Shown: positions 61,060 through 64,000 of the stretch, piece after piece | Position numbering within the stretch: position 1 is the first letter of the stretch | Layout: each line of letters begins with the position of its first letter | Made by a program: the position numbers and the translations under genes | The notes under the pieces: model-generated | What the model was told of the DNA's origin: nothing | The model's database searches: none | What the model saw: only the letters and a program-made list of their open reading frames with translations | NCBI GenBank assembly: GCA_010015805.1 | Contig: ML978132.1 | Span: 372,001 to 436,000, forward strand | Reading direction: 5' to 3' | Source: Rhizodiscina lignyota | Taxonomy: Eukaryota | DNA: 64,000 nucleotides

Positions 61060-64000
61060 CTACATGACTGCCATGCCCTCCAATATAACTTTATACTCCT
61101 TCCTCTTCTTCTTGGTCTTCGACAACTTGACTTTCATCCTTCCAACCCATCCCGCCAAATGGGGAAATACGAACTTCTCGGAGCCATACGAGATCGCGAA
61201 TCCTACGGCCGCTAATATCAACAAGAATATCTTGAAATCCACATCCATCGGAGTCAGCTCCATGAAATTGTAGAGCCACTTCGCCGGTCCGAGGAGCATG
61301 TACGTCGAGATCATGAGCGCGACGACGAGCGTCACGACGAAGGGTAGGTTTGTGCCAATTGGTTGGCGGAAGGGGCGGCCGATACTGAGGACGACAGAGG
61401 AGAGGATGTACTGGTAGCAGGATTCGAGGAAGAGGGCGGTGTTTTCAGAGTTACGTGAGTTGGAGTGGTTCTTGTCGACAACTGGTGGTATGAACCTGCG
61501 AGTAACAAACGTTAGCCTCAAACTAATAGACTATTCCAGGGAGATGATCTTACCAAGGTTGTTTCCTGACAACCTCAAATGTAACCAATTGGATCAGCAC
61601 ACAGAGCACAATCTGCCCAATCAAAGGTGTGAGAACCTTCCTCGACACCAGACTCGCCGTCGGCCTCTTCCGTGAAAGAACCGGATACGGGCCCGTCCAG
61701 CCCATGAAAATCGCAATGGGAAGGATAAGTAATAAATCAATGTACAAGAATTGGAAATCCCCGAGATTCGATGCCGAAGCATAGAGGAAGCTCACAGACG
61801 TGAACTGGATTGCGGAATACAAGCTCATGTACTTGAAGCAGCTAAAGCTCGTCACCAGCGCCGCGCGCCCTTCGCGAATGACTTCCGGGACGCAAGAAAT
61901 GTCAAAGACACGGCTTGTAAATGGCGCAGCGACAGAGGCTTCTGCTTCAGAGAGGGAAATTCCAACGTCGGCGGCTTTGAGAGCGCCACAGTCGTTAGCG
62001 CCGTCGCCACAGAAGCCGCAACAGTAGTCTATGCTTTGCAGCTTCTCGACAAGTTCGTGCTTCTCGTCCGGAGACATGCGAGCGAAAACTTGACCAACGA
62101 CGAGCATTTCTCGAAGGACCTTCTCGGAAGCGAAATCGATGATCCACCGAAAGACTTCGCCTGTGACAGCAACTGAATAATTTCGCAGATTGGAAACGTC
62201 GTAAGGTAGAGAAGCGTCGCCTTCGGGGGGAGGGGGAAGAGGCTTCAATGTGTTTTCGTCGAGCTGATAGATAGGGTTGTCGACGCTCTCCCAGCTTAGC
62301 TTTGCAAGTGGTGTCCGTGAATCGCCTTCTATAAAATGCGGGACGAAGCAGTGCGCAGATTTGTCAATCAAATTGCACTCCCTCGCCACGCTAATGGCCG
62401 TCAAGATGTTGTCCCCAGTGCACATGACCTTGCGGATCCCCGCTCTTTCCAATTCGGCAATGACGCCAGTGGTGCTATCCTTGAGTTTGTTCTCAAAGAT
62501 GATGAAGCCCAAGAAGTCCAGGTCCGACTCGGCCTCTGTGCGTTTCATTTTCTGAATCTTGACCCAATTCAACTTTGGGATATTCTTGGTCGCACAGCCG
62601 ATAACTCGGAACCCGCGATGCGTATAATAGCTCAAGAGATCTTCATAGTCAGCAGGGAATGATTCGGGTCTGCAAATTTCCTTCATCACTTCTGGCGCTC
62701 CTTTGACATAGATATCGCCAGCTTGAGAGCTGAACTGCCGGACGACCACACTGGCTCTGCGCAGCTGCGATATGAATTCAAATGAGCGCAAGACTCCCAG
62801 TTCGATCGGCTGGCGATTCTGCACATTCGGCTCTTCCTCGACATCATATTCCATTCCAGGAGGTGGGCGTGCGACAGATGGTGAAAGCTTGTGATCCTCG
62901 TCTTCTTCGTGAGTCGGTCCTCTTGACTCGCCTTCCTCATATGACCAGCCAGTGAATTCGAACATTTTAACGTCCAGAGGATCACCAACAAGCTCGTCAT
63001 CGATCATGCGCAAGGAATGACAGGTTGCCATTGTATATAGAATAGCCTTGTTGACATTATAATCAACCGTCGGGTCTCTGTTTGTCGCGCCCGGAAGCAC
63101 AGCTGTTGCATCGGTCAATGGTTCACTGAAGTTATTGGTCTGGCGCTGTACTGCTCGCACCCCAAGCACATCTAGGCCATCTTCAGTTAAGGTGCCTGTC
63201 TTATCGAAGCAGATGACATCGAGCTTGCCGCCTACGTTGACTCGCTGCGGACTGATGCAAAAAATCTTCTTTTGCTTGAGTCGGCTCAGAGCAAAATTGG
63301 TCCCAATAGTAAGTGTTGCCGGAAGTGCGGGCGGCACGACAATCGTGATGAGATCCAAGGCTCGGACAACTATGAGGTGCCACGCCAGGCCTAGGCGTAC
63401 AAAGTTGATGAACGATGCAACAAATCCGACGCCAGCTATGCATGCCATGACGGATATGTACCGGAAGGAGTCACGATAGAACTTGAAGCCCGAAGGTTTT
63501 GGGAAGAGCATTGATCGCACGAGAGCTCCTTTGGTAGTGTTGAACCCGGTGCGGATGACCATAGCCAATGCTGCAGCCTCTTCATCAGCCGAATCAGGTT
63601 GAGGTCTCCTTGCTCTGATGATCTTGGTTCCAGAGAACAGGAGATGTTTGGCGACATCCGGATGGATTGATGCAGCGCTGAGATTAAGGAGTTCAAGAGA
63701 CTCATCAGTTATTGGTGTCTTGGTCACGGGAACCGACTCTCCAGTCAGCATACTCTCATTGACTATGCAATCACCGGACAAAAGAAGACTGTCGCACGGT
63801 AGTTGAGAGAGATTTGGGTCCGTGACCTCATACACATCGCCAGGAACGAGATCGCTGGATTCGACCTGTCGCCAGAAGCCATTGCGGATAACGCGTACAT
63901 CGCATTCGAATCTAGATACCTCTCGTAGTCGGCGCATCGTCGTCTTTGTTTCGATCAGAGTCGCCGTAATGCTCACGACGGAGATGAGGAAGATGCAAGC
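61060..64000 (-). CDS. YPK9: P5B-type ATPase (Ypk9/ATP13A2-like), 5'-truncated by the window
   Basis: LTGES, PPALP, DKTGTLT, KGAPE, TGDN, GDGANDCG motifs. Intron 61496-61553. Confidence 0.93.

Overview
A 64-kb gene-dense window from a filamentous ascomycete. Short GT-AG introns with CTRAY branch sites point to Pezizomycotina; Dothideomycete is my inference. It holds about 28 protein-coding genes, mostly housekeeping: PIN4-like RRM/R3H, LIN1/CD2BP2, UFD1, a CorA Mg transporter, SPC1, RBX1, an Edc1/PNRC-like protein, cofilin, RPL25, BMT2, PHA2, eRF1/SUP45, AVT-type, sucrose and hexose transporters, an HTD2-like dehydratase, NAP1, NOP2 and a P5B-ATPase. Small accessory patches carry a GH43-like secreted protein, a Ser/Thr-rich membrane protein beside a degenerate 165-bp repeat, a NACHT-type N-terminal pseudogene, a HeLo-like/ankyrin gene and a 13-bp minisatellite. 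Two signals stand out. (1) The eRF1 3' end has a leaky UGA-CGG stop, a stem-loop, a 50-codon in-frame extension ending in the PTS1-like tripeptide AKL, and a 3'-UTR intron positioned for readthrough/NMD autoregulation. (2) An apparently gene-empty ~2.5-kb region looks like a small-ORF transcript: a 7-aa MGRGGYN ORF followed by a 48-aa Cys/His-patterned peptide. All gene models were built by eye. No rRNA, tRNA, CRISPR array or intact transposon was seen.
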